Positions 36,685 through 45,961 of a DNA stretch of 64,000 nucleotides are shown here, piece by piece. Below the pieces are notes generated by a model that was not told the DNA's origin, ran no database searches, and was given only the letters and a program-made list of their open reading frames with translations. Position 1 is the stretch's first letter, and each line of letters opens with the position of its first letter. The stretch spans positions 18,059 to 82,058 of IMG/VR virus record IMGVR_UViG_3300050166_000039; one strand, given 5' to 3'. Both the position numbers and the translations under genes were made by a program. Source of the stretch: a virus.

Positions 36685-37185
36685 ATGAGCACTGAAATGC
36701 ACTTATTTATGAATCCAGCAGAAAACCTAGACCTATTACACCCGGACTATCAGTTAGGGTTCTTTGTGGCTTATCAGATTAAGACTCCGACATTAAGTAT
36801 TGATGCATGTCAAACAGAAAACGTGCACTCAATTTTGTGGGGAGAGAGAAAGGAGTATGATAGGTTGAGCGCAGAAGCAACGGAAAGTTGGTTGTGTAGT
36901 AAATGGAAAAGAAATCAGGAGCCAACTACATGGAAAGCTTTAGAAGAGTATAGAGAACACTTATATGATAAGTACTTACCTGTTAACTTTACAGTTCATC
37001 TACCACTGATTAAGATCACTGACCTGCAACAATTTAAAGAGGGCATCATCTGCTACTTATGGAATCAAGATAATTGCCATTACTCTTTACAGCCAGAAGA
37101 CATTGAATTCAATTTAGATATAGAAGACGGCAGTTCAACTATTAAATTGATTAGAAAGAAACTTAAAACCGAATCGGGTTCGTGA
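36685..37185 (+). CDS. Hypothetical protein
   Basis: 166-aa ORF. Confidence 0.6.
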   Translation: MSTEMHLFMNPAENLDLLHPDYQLGFFVAYQIKTPTLSIDACQTENVHSILWGERKEYDRLSAEATESWLCSKWKRNQEPTTWKALEEYREHLYDKYLPVNFTVHLPLIKITDLQQFKEGIICYLWNQDNCHYSLQPEDIEFNLDIEDGSSTIKLIRKKLKTESGS

Positions 37186-37266
37186 ATAAGAGAGGCCTGC
37201 AACTTGAAATAAAGACAAATCACGTTAAATCTCTCCATTGAAGGTGTCATCGGTGACCTTCTACTC

Positions 37267-37344
37267 AGGCAAGTATCCACCCGATCTGATACGTCGGAGC
37301 AAGGTAACTGGTTGAAAATGTGGGTTCGAATCCCATCTTGCCTA
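37267..37344 (+). tRNA. Atypical tRNA-Ile(GAU)-like gene lacking a canonical D-arm
   Basis: AGGCAAG/CTTGCCT-A, CCGAT-CTGATAC-GTCGG, GTGGGTTCGAATCCCAT. Confidence 0.55.
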
Positions 37345-37359
37345 CTAAATTTTATCAAT

Positions 37360-38448
37360 ATGAAAAGTAATGAGTTCTTGAAGGCATACTTAAATGCCTA
37401 TTCACCGGTTGCACAAGAGACCGAAGGTCAACAAATTTGGGTTGACTACGTAAAACAATTCACCAATGAAGTTAAGGTAGATGCTTATGGCACTGCAGTT
37501 GCCAGAGTTCAAGGTTTTCAACCTATTTTACAACATAGAATGGGTATACCATATAAAGTTGTGATTGAAGCCCATTGTGATGAGATTGCATGGATTGTAA
37601 CTCAAATCGAGAAAGAAGGCTTTATTAGAGTTGCAAGACACGGCGGCTCAGATAACATGATTGCTGCCTCTAAAACTGTCCTAATTCACACCCATAAAGG
37701 GCAGAAAGTACCAGGAGTTTTTGGGCACCCAGCTATTCATACTCGAGATTCACGTGTGGAATTAGGACCTGAGTACCATGAGTTATGGATTGACTTGGGT
37801 GTTGACTCCGATGAGAAGGTATTAGAGCTTGGAGTTGAGGTTGGCAATGTAGTTACTTTCGACGATCAATTTAGTGAACTTGGAGACTACTATGTTGGCA
37901 GGTCATTGGATAATAAGATTGGCGGTTTCATTATCGCAGAGACATTGAGAAGACTCACAGAGCTAAAAATAACCCTACCCTATGATTTATATGTAGTTAA
38001 TTCAGTACAGGAAGAGGTTGGCTTATACGGTGCAAAGATGATTGCCAAATCTTTAAAGGCTGACCTAGCACTGGTGCATGATGTTTGTCATGACACTAAC
38101 ACACCAAAGATGAACAAGGCGAAGGACTCCGATGTGAAAGGCGGTAAAGGCCCAACTCTAGAGTTCACAGCTCAGAACCATAGAATGATCATCTCTAAGT
38201 TAAGAGAGATTGCCGAAGCGTCAGCGATGGACTTACAGTTACAGGTTGGTAGTTATGGTAATGACACTATGGCATTCTTCTTAGAGAATACTCCAACGGC
38301 AATTGTTGCAACACCATTAAAATACATGCACTCAACGTGTGAAATGGCTCACAAGCGAGACGTAGAAAATTGTATTAAATTATTTGTAAAATTTTTATGC
38401 AATATTAAACCAGAATGGATAGATACTGTAAAAGGTGAAACATTCTAA
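37360..38448 (+). CDS. M42 family aminopeptidase
   Basis: EAHCDEI, SLDNKIG, VQEEVGL.GA, GNDT, YMHS; start reassigned to ATG 37360. Confidence 0.88.
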   Translation: MKSNEFLKAYLNAYSPVAQETEGQQIWVDYVKQFTNEVKVDAYGTAVARVQGFQPILQHRMGIPYKVVIEAHCDEIAWIVTQIEKEGFIRVARHGGSDNMIAASKTVLIHTHKGQKVPGVFGHPAIHTRDSRVELGPEYHELWIDLGVDSDEKVLELGVEVGNVVTFDDQFSELGDYYVGRSLDNKIGGFIIAETLRRLTELKITLPYDLYVVNSVQEEVGLYGAKMIAKSLKADLALVHDVCHDTNTPKMNKAKDSDVKGGKGPTLEFTAQNHRMIISKLREIAEASAMDLQLQVGSYGNDTMAFFLENTPTAIVATPLKYMHSTCEMAHKRDVENCIKLFVKFLCNIKPEWIDTVKGETF

Positions 38449-39150
38449 GTGAAATTTCTTATAGCATTTTTATTACTATCATTTAGCATATTAGGGCAGG
38501 ACACTACTAGACACAAGGCCTCAATTATGTTAAATGGTAGTTTTTCCGATATAAACGGGCAGTCTCAGATTGCAGCCAACGTTAATAACTCGTACTCCAT
38601 TACTAGAAAGCATGTAGAAAACTTAACACTGCTTAAGTATCTGTATGTTCTTGAGAACGGCACTGTAATTATCAACGACCTGACCCTTAGAGTTCAGCCC
38701 AGATACTTAAAAAAGAACTGGAGTATCTTTGCATATCATCAATTCTCTAGCATCTTATCCAGAAAAATAGACACCAGATATGAGTTTGCTCTCGGCGGAG
38801 GCCGCTATCTTATCAAGAAGAAAGATTTCTACTCAACCCTGTCCTACGCTACAATCTACGTTAATACTCGTTACAAGTCCAATTTAGATATTGCAAGTCT
38901 TAGACACTCTGGCAGGGTTCAAGTTGGTGGAAATATAGGCCGGATAACTTACGCCTTAGAAGCATTCTATCAGCCTACTTTCCAAGACTTTGATAACTAT
39001 AACTATATGTATGACTTGAAGGTGTCGGTGCCGATTGTAAAGAGACTCTCATTCAATGTCAACTCCTACGGTAACTATGAGTCATTTAACTTAAAAGGGG
39101 TCAGCAACTCGAACGATATTCTGAGCCTAGGCTTCATCTACAATTATTGA
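38449..39150 (+). CDS. Outer-membrane beta-barrel protein (DUF481-like)
   Basis: Signal peptide, alternating amphipathic strands, C-terminal aromatic LGFIYNY. Confidence 0.65.
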   Translation: MKFLIAFLLLSFSILGQDTTRHKASIMLNGSFSDINGQSQIAANVNNSYSITRKHVENLTLLKYLYVLENGTVIINDLTLRVQPRYLKKNWSIFAYHQFSSILSRKIDTRYEFALGGGRYLIKKKDFYSTLSYATIYVNTRYKSNLDIASLRHSGRVQVGGNIGRITYALEAFYQPTFQDFDNYNYMYDLKVSVPIVKRLSFNVNSYGNYESFNLKGVSNSNDILSLGFIYNY

Positions 39151-39311
39151 TATATAAACCATGAAGAAAATGCTTAGCCTATTCTTTCTTGGCTTACTCT
39201 CATTCTTTACAGGGGCTCAAACCGTGCAACATGGCACGGGAAATTGTTGTGCTGAATGTCAGTTAATGAAGGAAGAGACCCAAATCGAACTAGTTGAAGA
39301 AAAGAAAGAAG

Positions 39312-39917
39312 ATGAAAGGTAGAGAAACATTACCCTATTTATTAGACAGAACGGGCTTAATCGGTGCTGAGATTGGCGTTGAGACCGCTGCATTCAGTAA
39401 GTATCTATTAGACACAGGCTTATTCGAGAGACTGTACTCCATTGATCCATGGGCTGCATTAATTCCAGGAGTTACCCAGGATGGCGAGCAGTACTACTCA
39501 GAGAATGCAATGAAGACCTATCTATTAGCAAAGGACACTCTTAGAATGTACGGAGATCAATCCAGGATCCTAAGAACAGAGTCAGGTAAAGCAGTTAAGT
39601 ATTTTGAAGGTGCTGCCTTCGATTTCATCTTCTTAGATGGAGATCATACTACACAAGGAGTTAAGCTGGATCTTGAGACCTGGTGGCCGAAAATTAAAGT
39701 AGGAGGCATGCTAGCCGGTCATGATTATTTTGATGTTGAAATGGACTGTGGTAGTGGAATCATCTCTAACTTTGGAGTGAAGACGGCCGTTGATCGTTTT
39801 GTAGCCGAGAATGGCTTACAGCTCCATATAGTAGAAGAGCCTAATGATGCATTACAATGGCTACCTGAGCAAGAGCTGCCACAATGGGCAAGCTGGTACA
39901 TCTTGAAACAAAAGTAA
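39312..39917 (+). CDS. Class I SAM methyltransferase (Methyltransf_24)
   Basis: GAEIGV, IDPW, DFIFLDGDH, WWPK.K.GG..AGHDY. Confidence 0.85.
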   Translation: MKGRETLPYLLDRTGLIGAEIGVETAAFSKYLLDTGLFERLYSIDPWAALIPGVTQDGEQYYSENAMKTYLLAKDTLRMYGDQSRILRTESGKAVKYFEGAAFDFIFLDGDHTTQGVKLDLETWWPKIKVGGMLAGHDYFDVEMDCGSGIISNFGVKTAVDRFVAENGLQLHIVEEPNDALQWLPEQELPQWASWYILKQK

Positions 39918-39940
39918 ACAGATCAATATAAGTTAAACAG

Positions 39941-40264
39941 ATGGCTAAATGTGATATACATATCTGGAACACAACCGACACTCAACCATGCTGGAAGTGT
40001 GAAGAGCTTAAATACAGTGAACGAAAAAAAGTTATTGATATGGCAAAGGAAACTTGTGTAATGTGTGGCAAAGAAACACCCTATGACATCAACGATCATG
40101 TAGATATGAGATTTGGTTACGTAGATGGTCTGGGTCAAACATGTAAAGATTGTAATAGACTGCATAACATCAATGAAGTTATCATTGAAGTGCCAGGAAA
40201 ATTAATCAGAGATACACCGAACGATCAGGAGTTAGGTGGAAAGATTAGAAGCTTATTAAGCTAA
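39941..40264 (+). CDS. Hypothetical Zn-binding protein
   Basis: CVMCG...GQTCKDC. Confidence 0.55.
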   Translation: MAKCDIHIWNTTDTQPCWKCEELKYSERKKVIDMAKETCVMCGKETPYDINDHVDMRFGYVDGLGQTCKDCNRLHNINEVIIEVPGKLIRDTPNDQELGGKIRSLLS

Positions 40265-40271
40265 ATTAAAT

Positions 40272-40422
40272 TGTAGAGTGGCGAAATTGGCAGACGCGCA
40301 CTTCCTGTCTCGAAGGTGGGGATAACGAAATAAAGTAAGGATATCGGGGTAGACCACCAGCTTGCAAGCGCTATTGTCCTTAACCTAATTGCCCCTTGGT
40401 GGTTCGACTCCACCCTCTACAG
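40272..40422 (+). ncRNA. tRNA-Leu-like scaffold RNA with ~95-nt central insert
   Basis: TGTAGAG/CTCTACA, TGGCGAAATTGGCAGACGC D-arm, GGTGGTTCGACTCCACC T-arm. Confidence 0.6.
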
Positions 40423-40428
40423 CACTGA

Positions 40429-40455
40429 AAGCTAACTCCAAAGGTTAGCTTTCTT
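40429..40455 (+). terminator. Intrinsic terminator
   Basis: AAGCTAAC..GTTAGCTT plus T-rich tail. Confidence 0.6.
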
Positions 40456-40475
40456 CAATTAAAAAAAGCCTAACA

Positions 40476-40991
40476 ATGAATACATTTAAGATGAGCCCAA
40501 AGGGTCTCGCAATGACGAAGGAGTTTGAACAGTTAATGCTTAAACCATATTTGTGTCCGGCCGGAGTTCCCACCATTGGATATGGTTGTACCCGATACGA
40601 GAATGGCAAAGCAGTAACCTTAAAGGATTCACCTGTTACAGAAAAGAGAGCCACTGAGCTCTTATTAAATTCGTTAAAGGAGTACGAGAAGACAGTGAAT
40701 ACTTTTGTTCAAACTAAAATTACGCAGAATCAATTCGATGCTCTGGTTGATTTCTGTTTTAACGTAGGTGTTTCAGCCTTGAAAGCCTCAACCCTGTTAA
40801 AGAAAGTGAATCTATACCCGAATGACCCAACCATTGAGCTTGAATTTTTAAAGTGGTGCAAGGCTGACGGAGCTCACAACGGTAAAGACGATGACGGCGA
40901 TGGAGAAGTAGATGAGAAAGGTGAAAAGCAAGTGCTAAAAGGCCTGTTAAGAAGAAGACAAGCCGAGGCAAAGTTATATTTTTCTAGATAA
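40476..40991 (+). CDS. Endolysin, GH24 lysozyme
   Basis: E..L.PYLCPAGVPTIGYG, QNQFDALVDFCFNVG, GLLRRRQAE. Confidence 0.9.
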   Translation: MNTFKMSPKGLAMTKEFEQLMLKPYLCPAGVPTIGYGCTRYENGKAVTLKDSPVTEKRATELLLNSLKEYEKTVNTFVQTKITQNQFDALVDFCFNVGVSALKASTLLKKVNLYPNDPTIELEFLKWCKADGAHNGKDDDGDGEVDEKGEKQVLKGLLRRRQAEAKLYFSR

Positions 40992-41574
40992 CATCATCGC
41001 TTTCCAGTAAAGTATATGTGAAGGAGTTTCCATGAATTTTGGAAGCTCTTTTACAGATAGACATAAATTCAGCAAAATCTTTTGCTCTTTTAAAAACTTG
41101 ACAGCCTTCACTCCAGTTTTCAACCCAAGTAGATTCAGTTTTAGAATTAGATTTATGGATGTTGATGCCAAATAAACCTGTTTGTGGTTTAACCTCATCA
41201 AATTTAGTATCCTTGTTAGCATCTCTAAAAACGGTTAAGGGCTTAGATTGACAAAGAGCCTCATATTTACCTTTATGCGTTCCTATATAATAGGCACTTC
41301 TATATTGTCCAGGTTTTAGAATAGCAACTCCGATTGGATTAGTTACCATCATCATTGCCTTTGTGCCTGGGTCAGTTGTAATAGCCCATTCAAAATACTT
41401 CCACTCTCCGCCCTCTTTAAAACTAATAGTGATTAGGTCATCGAATAGGTTAGTAACCTTATCGTTAGTCTTTTTATTTCTAATGCCAACTATATTAACG
41501 TCAAGGTCTCCGTTTGTAAACCATTTATAATTCTTCTTAAGCATTGACGCTTCAATCTGTTCTCTAGTGTACAT
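40984..41574 (-). CDS. Putative peptidoglycan enzyme (YkuD/L,D-transpeptidase-like catalytic motif)
   Basis: GINIH....WSEGCQV; the only clear minus-strand gene in the window. Confidence 0.55.
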   Translation of the reverse strand: MYTREQIEASMLKKNYKWFTNGDLDVNIVGIRNKKTNDKVTNLFDDLITISFKEGGEWKYFEWAITTDPGTKAMMMVTNPIGVAILKPGQYRSAYYIGTHKGKYEALCQSKPLTVFRDANKDTKFDEVKPQTGLFGINIHKSNSKTESTWVENWSEGCQVFKRAKDFAEFMSICKRASKIHGNSFTYTLLESDDVI

Positions 41575-41620
41575 TGTAAACTTTTTTCATTTTATCTATA
41601 TAACCACTAAAGCGATCAAA

Positions 41621-42217
41621 ATGGAGGTAAATTTCTCAGATACATTCAAACAAAGCCTTAAACGGGTTTATTGGGAACAGAGTTGGCTGTATAAAGTCTA
41701 TTCTTTTTTTAGAAGAGACCTATGGCAATTCTTCTCGAACATATACCGATTTAGAAAGGTACTATGGTCTCATAGATGGTGGGATTATCATTACACTCTA
41801 GAAGCATTGAAGACCTCTCTTGAGATTATGCAACTCGGCCTGATTGAGAAGGGAATAGAAGAGGACCAGAGCCTAAATAAGAAGATTGAGAAGATAGGCA
41901 GAGCGATTCAGATTATTAATGGTAAGAACGAATTAGATTTCATTGAGCGAGCAGAGGCTGAGTTAGGGCAGATCTTTCACCGGGATTGGCAGTTCGAAGA
42001 CCTGGGTAATGGTACAAGTAGACTAATAGATACGTTTACACCCGAGGAGAAGGAGCACAACCGTAGAGTGTATGATAGAGCAAGTGAAATAGAAAGAGAA
42101 GAGTGGGAAGAGTTATGGCAAATCTTCAAAGGAAAGAATCACAAGCAATGGAACCCCGATGAGATGTCATGGCATGAATGGTTCGATGGTGCAGGCATGG
42201 AGAGCTGGTGGGACTAA
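41621..42217 (+). CDS. Hypothetical protein
   Basis: Start reassigned to ATG 41621, after AAAC-N17-TATAA 41578-41603. Confidence 0.65.
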   Translation: MEVNFSDTFKQSLKRVYWEQSWLYKVYSFFRRDLWQFFSNIYRFRKVLWSHRWWDYHYTLEALKTSLEIMQLGLIEKGIEEDQSLNKKIEKIGRAIQIINGKNELDFIERAEAELGQIFHRDWQFEDLGNGTSRLIDTFTPEEKEHNRRVYDRASEIEREEWEELWQIFKGKNHKQWNPDEMSWHEWFDGAGMESWWD

Positions 42218-42244
42218 GATACATATAAAAAATATAGAATAAAG

Positions 42245-42811
42245 ATGAAACTAATTAAAGACTATGTGACCTGGTTATTTGAGTCTCAACAAGAAGAGGT
42301 CAATGAAGAGAAGCAGGGCTATGATTATGGCTGTGCGATGCTATACTTTGATTTTCCAGAGATGGCAGAACTGCACGATAAGATCGATCCTGAGCACGTG
42401 TTTGTGGACCCGAAAGACCCTAGCTTTGGTCTCGAGACCGAGCCACATTGCACTCTATTATATGGTCTACACGATGATGTAACGACGGAAGTGGTAGAGA
42501 ACGTAATGAAGAACTACGCCTTTGGTAACTGCACGATTCAGAACGCTTCTCTATTTGAGAATGAGAAGTTTGATGTGCTTAAATTTGATGTAGCCGGTGA
42601 TAATTTACATGACTGTAACAAGGAGCTGTGTAAGCTGCCTCACACTACGAATTTTCCAGACTATCACCCACACATGACGGTCGCATACCTGAAACCGGGA
42701 ATGGGAAAAGAGTATGCTGACATGTTTAGAGATAGAATGCACGAGTTGAAGCCTAAATATATCGTCTACTCAAAACCCGATGGCAGTAAAGATAGAATTG
42801 AATTAAGATAA
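42245..42811 (+). CDS. 2H phosphoesterase, Acb1/T4 57B-like (putative anti-CBASS nuclease)
   Basis: Two HxT motifs: PHCTLLYG and YHPHMTVAY. Confidence 0.75.
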   Translation: MKLIKDYVTWLFESQQEEVNEEKQGYDYGCAMLYFDFPEMAELHDKIDPEHVFVDPKDPSFGLETEPHCTLLYGLHDDVTTEVVENVMKNYAFGNCTIQNASLFENEKFDVLKFDVAGDNLHDCNKELCKLPHTTNFPDYHPHMTVAYLKPGMGKEYADMFRDRMHELKPKYIVYSKPDGSKDRIELR

Positions 42812-42812
42812 G

Positions 42813-43010
42813 ATGAGAGTAGGAGACCAATTTAGAACAAATCCTCTAGCGGCTACACCCGGTGGCTCAACGATTCAGATAATTTATAAAGATGGCAGAG
42901 ATATGATCTATGATAAGATTAAGTCTCCGGCGGCTTACATTGCAAAATTAAGTTTAAGCGAGATTAAGCAGCTTTTTATAAATGGTAGAGAGATAAAGAT
43001 TGTAAATTAA
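42813..43010 (+). CDS. Hypothetical protein
   Basis: 65-aa ORF. Confidence 0.55.
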   Translation: MRVGDQFRTNPLAATPGGSTIQIIYKDGRDMIYDKIKSPAAYIAKLSLSEIKQLFINGREIKIVN

Positions 43011-43035
43011 TTGAAACTTTTTTGAAAATAAATGA

Positions 43036-43075
43036 CCCGAGATTTTTTAGTCTCGGGTTTTTTAGTTATATTTAC
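43036..43075 (+). promoter_or_regulatory. Stem-loop plus early promoter cassette
   Basis: CCCGAGA-N8-TCTCGGG, TATATTTAC 43067-75. Confidence 0.7.
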
Positions 43076-43099
43076 CTATAACAATTAAACAAGCACATT

Positions 43100-43534
43100 A
43101 TGAAAAACTCAAACATCATCTTAGCTAACAAAAAAGACATTCATGTAACGAACGTATTAGAAGGATATAACTCTGGTAAGTTTCGCTTTGTGGTTAAATG
43201 TCGCGCAGGTTTCTTAACCGTTTATGATGCTCGTGATTTTGAGAATGAGCGTTACTTTAAGTATCCAGAGACCTTGGTAGCTGACTATAAGAAAAACTCA
43301 TTGATGACAGTTCAATTTCAACCCGAAGGAACTGAATTTTGGTTGACAGTTTTTGCTCGTCAAGGCAAGAAGATTCCAGTGATCGATGAGACTATCTTAG
43401 CTAATCTTACCGTTGGCACTATCAATTCATGCTGGTTAAATACAGCCTTATACAGCCAATCACAGTATCAATTAGTTGAAGCTAAAACCTGGGCAGATAA
43501 AGCCTTTGTACTGAATGAAAAAATAATTGCCTAA
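43100..43534 (+). CDS. Hypothetical early protein
   Basis: 144-aa ORF with its own promoter. Confidence 0.65.
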   Translation: MKNSNIILANKKDIHVTNVLEGYNSGKFRFVVKCRAGFLTVYDARDFENERYFKYPETLVADYKKNSLMTVQFQPEGTEFWLTVFARQGKKIPVIDETILANLTVGTINSCWLNTALYSQSQYQLVEAKTWADKAFVLNEKIIA

Positions 43535-43915
43535 ATATTTTTTTATTTCGGGAATTATAGTTATATTTACCTATAACAATTAAACAAGACGACGATGTTT
43601 CCAATTTTAATTCCAAAAAGTCTCAAACTTAGTAGCACCGGGCCTTCAATCATCACCTTAAATAACTATACGTCATTAAGTGATGATCAGTTCTTTGCGA
43701 AATTAACAGAGACTTGTAACGAAGCCGGCGTCAATACAGCCCTGGGCTATATTGAAAAGTGGAACAACTTTGATTCTTTAAAAGAAGGAGAAAAGGTTAG
43801 ATTTGTAAAAGAAATAGAAGAACCTGAGTATTTTACCTTCAAAGCCCGTTTTAAAAGAGCCTTAAAAATAATTGCCTAAATATTTTTTTATTTCGGCAAT
43901 TATAGTTATATTTAC
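43521..43915 (+). repeat. Direct repeats of the early promoter cassette flanking the ORF at 43595
   Basis: AAATAATTGCCTAAATATTTTTTTATTTCGG.AATTATAGTTATATTTACCTAT at ~43521 and ~43866; both upstream ORFs end KIIA. Confidence 0.75.
43595..43879 (+). CDS. Hypothetical early protein
   Basis: 94-aa ORF. Confidence 0.55.
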   Translation: MFPILIPKSLKLSSTGPSIITLNNYTSLSDDQFFAKLTETCNEAGVNTALGYIEKWNNFDSLKEGEKVRFVKEIEEPEYFTFKARFKRALKIIA

Positions 43916-43935
43916 CTATCTTAAATAATAACAAC

Positions 43936-44166
43936 ATGAGCGAAGAGCAAATCTATAACGAGCAACAAGAGTACAAAGAGTATCAACGTCTAATCAATAC
44001 CGTTGAGAGATTGACTCAAGCCGAATATGAGTTGTGTAAGAGATGGAATCCTGAGGAGGCTTGGAAGTACTTAAACGATATCGGTGACGGTCGTTGGTTA
44101 AACATCAACGTTTACTCCGAGGTAGACAAAGAAGAGTATGATTTACGCAGAGAACATGGCTTTTAA
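43936..44166 (+). CDS. Hypothetical early protein
   Basis: 76-aa acidic ORF. Confidence 0.55.
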   Translation: MSEEQIYNEQQEYKEYQRLINTVERLTQAEYELCKRWNPEEAWKYLNDIGDGRWLNINVYSEVDKEEYDLRREHGF

Positions 44167-44344
44167 ACCAATCTAAAATGAACAAGTTCAAACCTTTTAT
44201 TTTCACAGCGACCGGAGCATTAATGTTGGTTTGCTACACTGTCTTAGATCGCATCTATGGCGTAGAAGTCAGCTTTTCTAAGTATGCTCTATGCGTCATG
44301 GTAATCATTTTCGGGGTCTACTTAAATTCTAATCAAAAATAGTT

Positions 44345-44599
44345 ATGTTAAGCGCAGCAAAATATGTAATCGTCGATGGATTTGCCATCGTCTTCTCCGC
44401 CGGAATCAAACATAGTGATATGGTCAGCTCTAATAAAAAAGCTGAAGGTGCAGGATTTGTAAGATTTTCAACAGAAGTTGATGAATATGGAGAGACCATT
44501 ATCAAGGCAGATGCTTATGGTAAATCTATCTCATTAGGCGTAGAATCACGAGAAAGAGATTCGAGAATTTTAACAATGCAAATTACTAATACGTATTAA
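44345..44599 (+). CDS. Hypothetical phage protein
   Basis: IVFS..IKHSD..GAGF..YGKSISLG. Confidence 0.6.
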   Translation: MLSAAKYVIVDGFAIVFSAGIKHSDMVSSNKKAEGAGFVRFSTEVDEYGETIIKADAYGKSISLGVESRERDSRILTMQITNTY

Positions 44600-44600
44600 T

Positions 44601-44816
44601 ATGTCAAAGAAAACAACTTATACTTTCAGGCCTATTTCATTTCCAAGTATCTTTTTTACCCTACCAACGGCAATGATCGGCTATCAAATTCATGGCAGTG
44701 TATTCTGGTCTATCATCGACTTTCTTTTCTGGCCGCTTGTATGGATAAAATGGTTTATCTATCATGAAGTGACTCTTTCTATCATCAAGGCTGCTTTTAG
44801 CTGGTTCTTAGTGTAA
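44601..44816 (+). CDS. Small membrane protein
   Basis: Hydrophobic 71-aa ORF. Confidence 0.55.
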   Translation: MSKKTTYTFRPISFPSIFFTLPTAMIGYQIHGSVFWSIIDFLFWPLVWIKWFIYHEVTLSIIKAAFSWFLV

Positions 44817-45961
44817 TGAATATGAAAATACCTTTATTCAAAGTTAATGTGTCTGAGGAGGCTATTAGTAGAGTCAGCGAGGTTCTACGAAGTGGCTTTA
44901 TTGGGCAGGGTCAGGTTGTAAATGAATTTGAATCAGAGCTATGCAACTACCTTGGCACCCAGAATGTTTTGACTCTGAATTCTGCGACGGCGGCGGAGCA
45001 TTTAGCCCTACATCTTCTAAAAAAGAAGAGTGCTTGGTGGACGGGAATGGAAGAAGGAGATGAGGTTCTCACAACACCCTTAACGTGCACTGCCACAAAC
45101 TGGCCTATTCTCGCAAACGGATTCAATATTAAATGGGTAGACATTGATCCAGCTACGCTAAACATGGATCTCGATGATTTGGCAAGAAAAATAACAGCAA
45201 AAACCAAGGTGATTGTTGTAGTACATTGGGGTGGCTACCCGATCGACCTAGATCGCTTAAAGCAGATTCAATTAAAGTGCTTTGATCTATACGGGTTTGA
45301 ACCTATTATAATCGAAGACTGTGCACACGCAATGGGAGCTAAATACGATGGCAAGTTAATAGGTTCACATGGAAATATTTGTACTTTTAGTTTACAGGCA
45401 ATCAAGCACGTCACTTCGGGAGATGGCGGAATCTTAACCCTGCCTTATAAGCAGTGGTATGATAGAGCAAAGAAGTTAAGATGGTACGGTATTGACAGAG
45501 ACAGTCCTCGTAGAGATTTTAGATGTGAACCAGACATTGAAGAATGGGGCTTTAAGTTTCACATGAACGATATTAATGCTGCCATTGGAGTTGAAAACTT
45601 TAAACAGAAAGATCAGATCATCGAGAGACACAAACAGAACGCAGCTTACTATGACAAGGAATTACATGAAGTTGCGGGTATCACGCTCTTAGAAAGAAAT
45701 CATAGGGCAGAGGGTTCATTCTGGATTTATAGTCTACTAGTTGAAAACAGAGAAGCATTTCAATTACACATGGAAAAGAAAGGAATCTCAACCTCGCAGG
45801 TTCACCAACGAAATGATCAACACACATGTGTAAAAGAGTTTAGAACCATCTTGCCTAATCTCGACTCGGTTATAGATAAGATAATTTCGATCCCGGTAGG
45901 TTGGTGGGTTACGGATGAAGACAGGAAATATATCGTAAACTCAATAAAAGAAGGTTGGTAA
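44816..45961 (+). CDS. DegT/DnrJ/EryC1/StrS sugar aminotransferase
   Basis: NSATAA, VHWGG, IEDCAHA, FSLQAIKHVTSGDGG (PLP lysine). Confidence 0.92.
   Translation: MNMKIPLFKVNVSEEAISRVSEVLRSGFIGQGQVVNEFESELCNYLGTQNVLTLNSATAAEHLALHLLKKKSAWWTGMEEGDEVLTTPLTCTATNWPILANGFNIKWVDIDPATLNMDLDDLARKITAKTKVIVVVHWGGYPIDLDRLKQIQLKCFDLYGFEPIIIEDCAHAMGAKYDGKLIGSHGNICTFSLQAIKHVTSGDGGILTLPYKQWYDRAKKLRWYGIDRDSPRRDFRCEPDIEEWGFKFHMNDINAAIGVENFKQKDQIIERHKQNAAYYDKELHEVAGITLLERNHRAEGSFWIYSLLVENREAFQLHMEKKGISTSQVHQRNDQHTCVKEFRTILPNLDSVIDKIISIPVGWWVTDEDRKYIVNSIKEGW

Noticed and set aside
31111-37344. Theta/HDV-like ribozymes at tRNA 3' ends, tmRNA, or GOLLD/ROOL large RNAs
   Set aside because: I could not build the nested double pseudoknot or a tag ORF by eye, and no uninterrupted spacer is long enough for the large RNAs; a covariance-model search is needed to exclude them fully.
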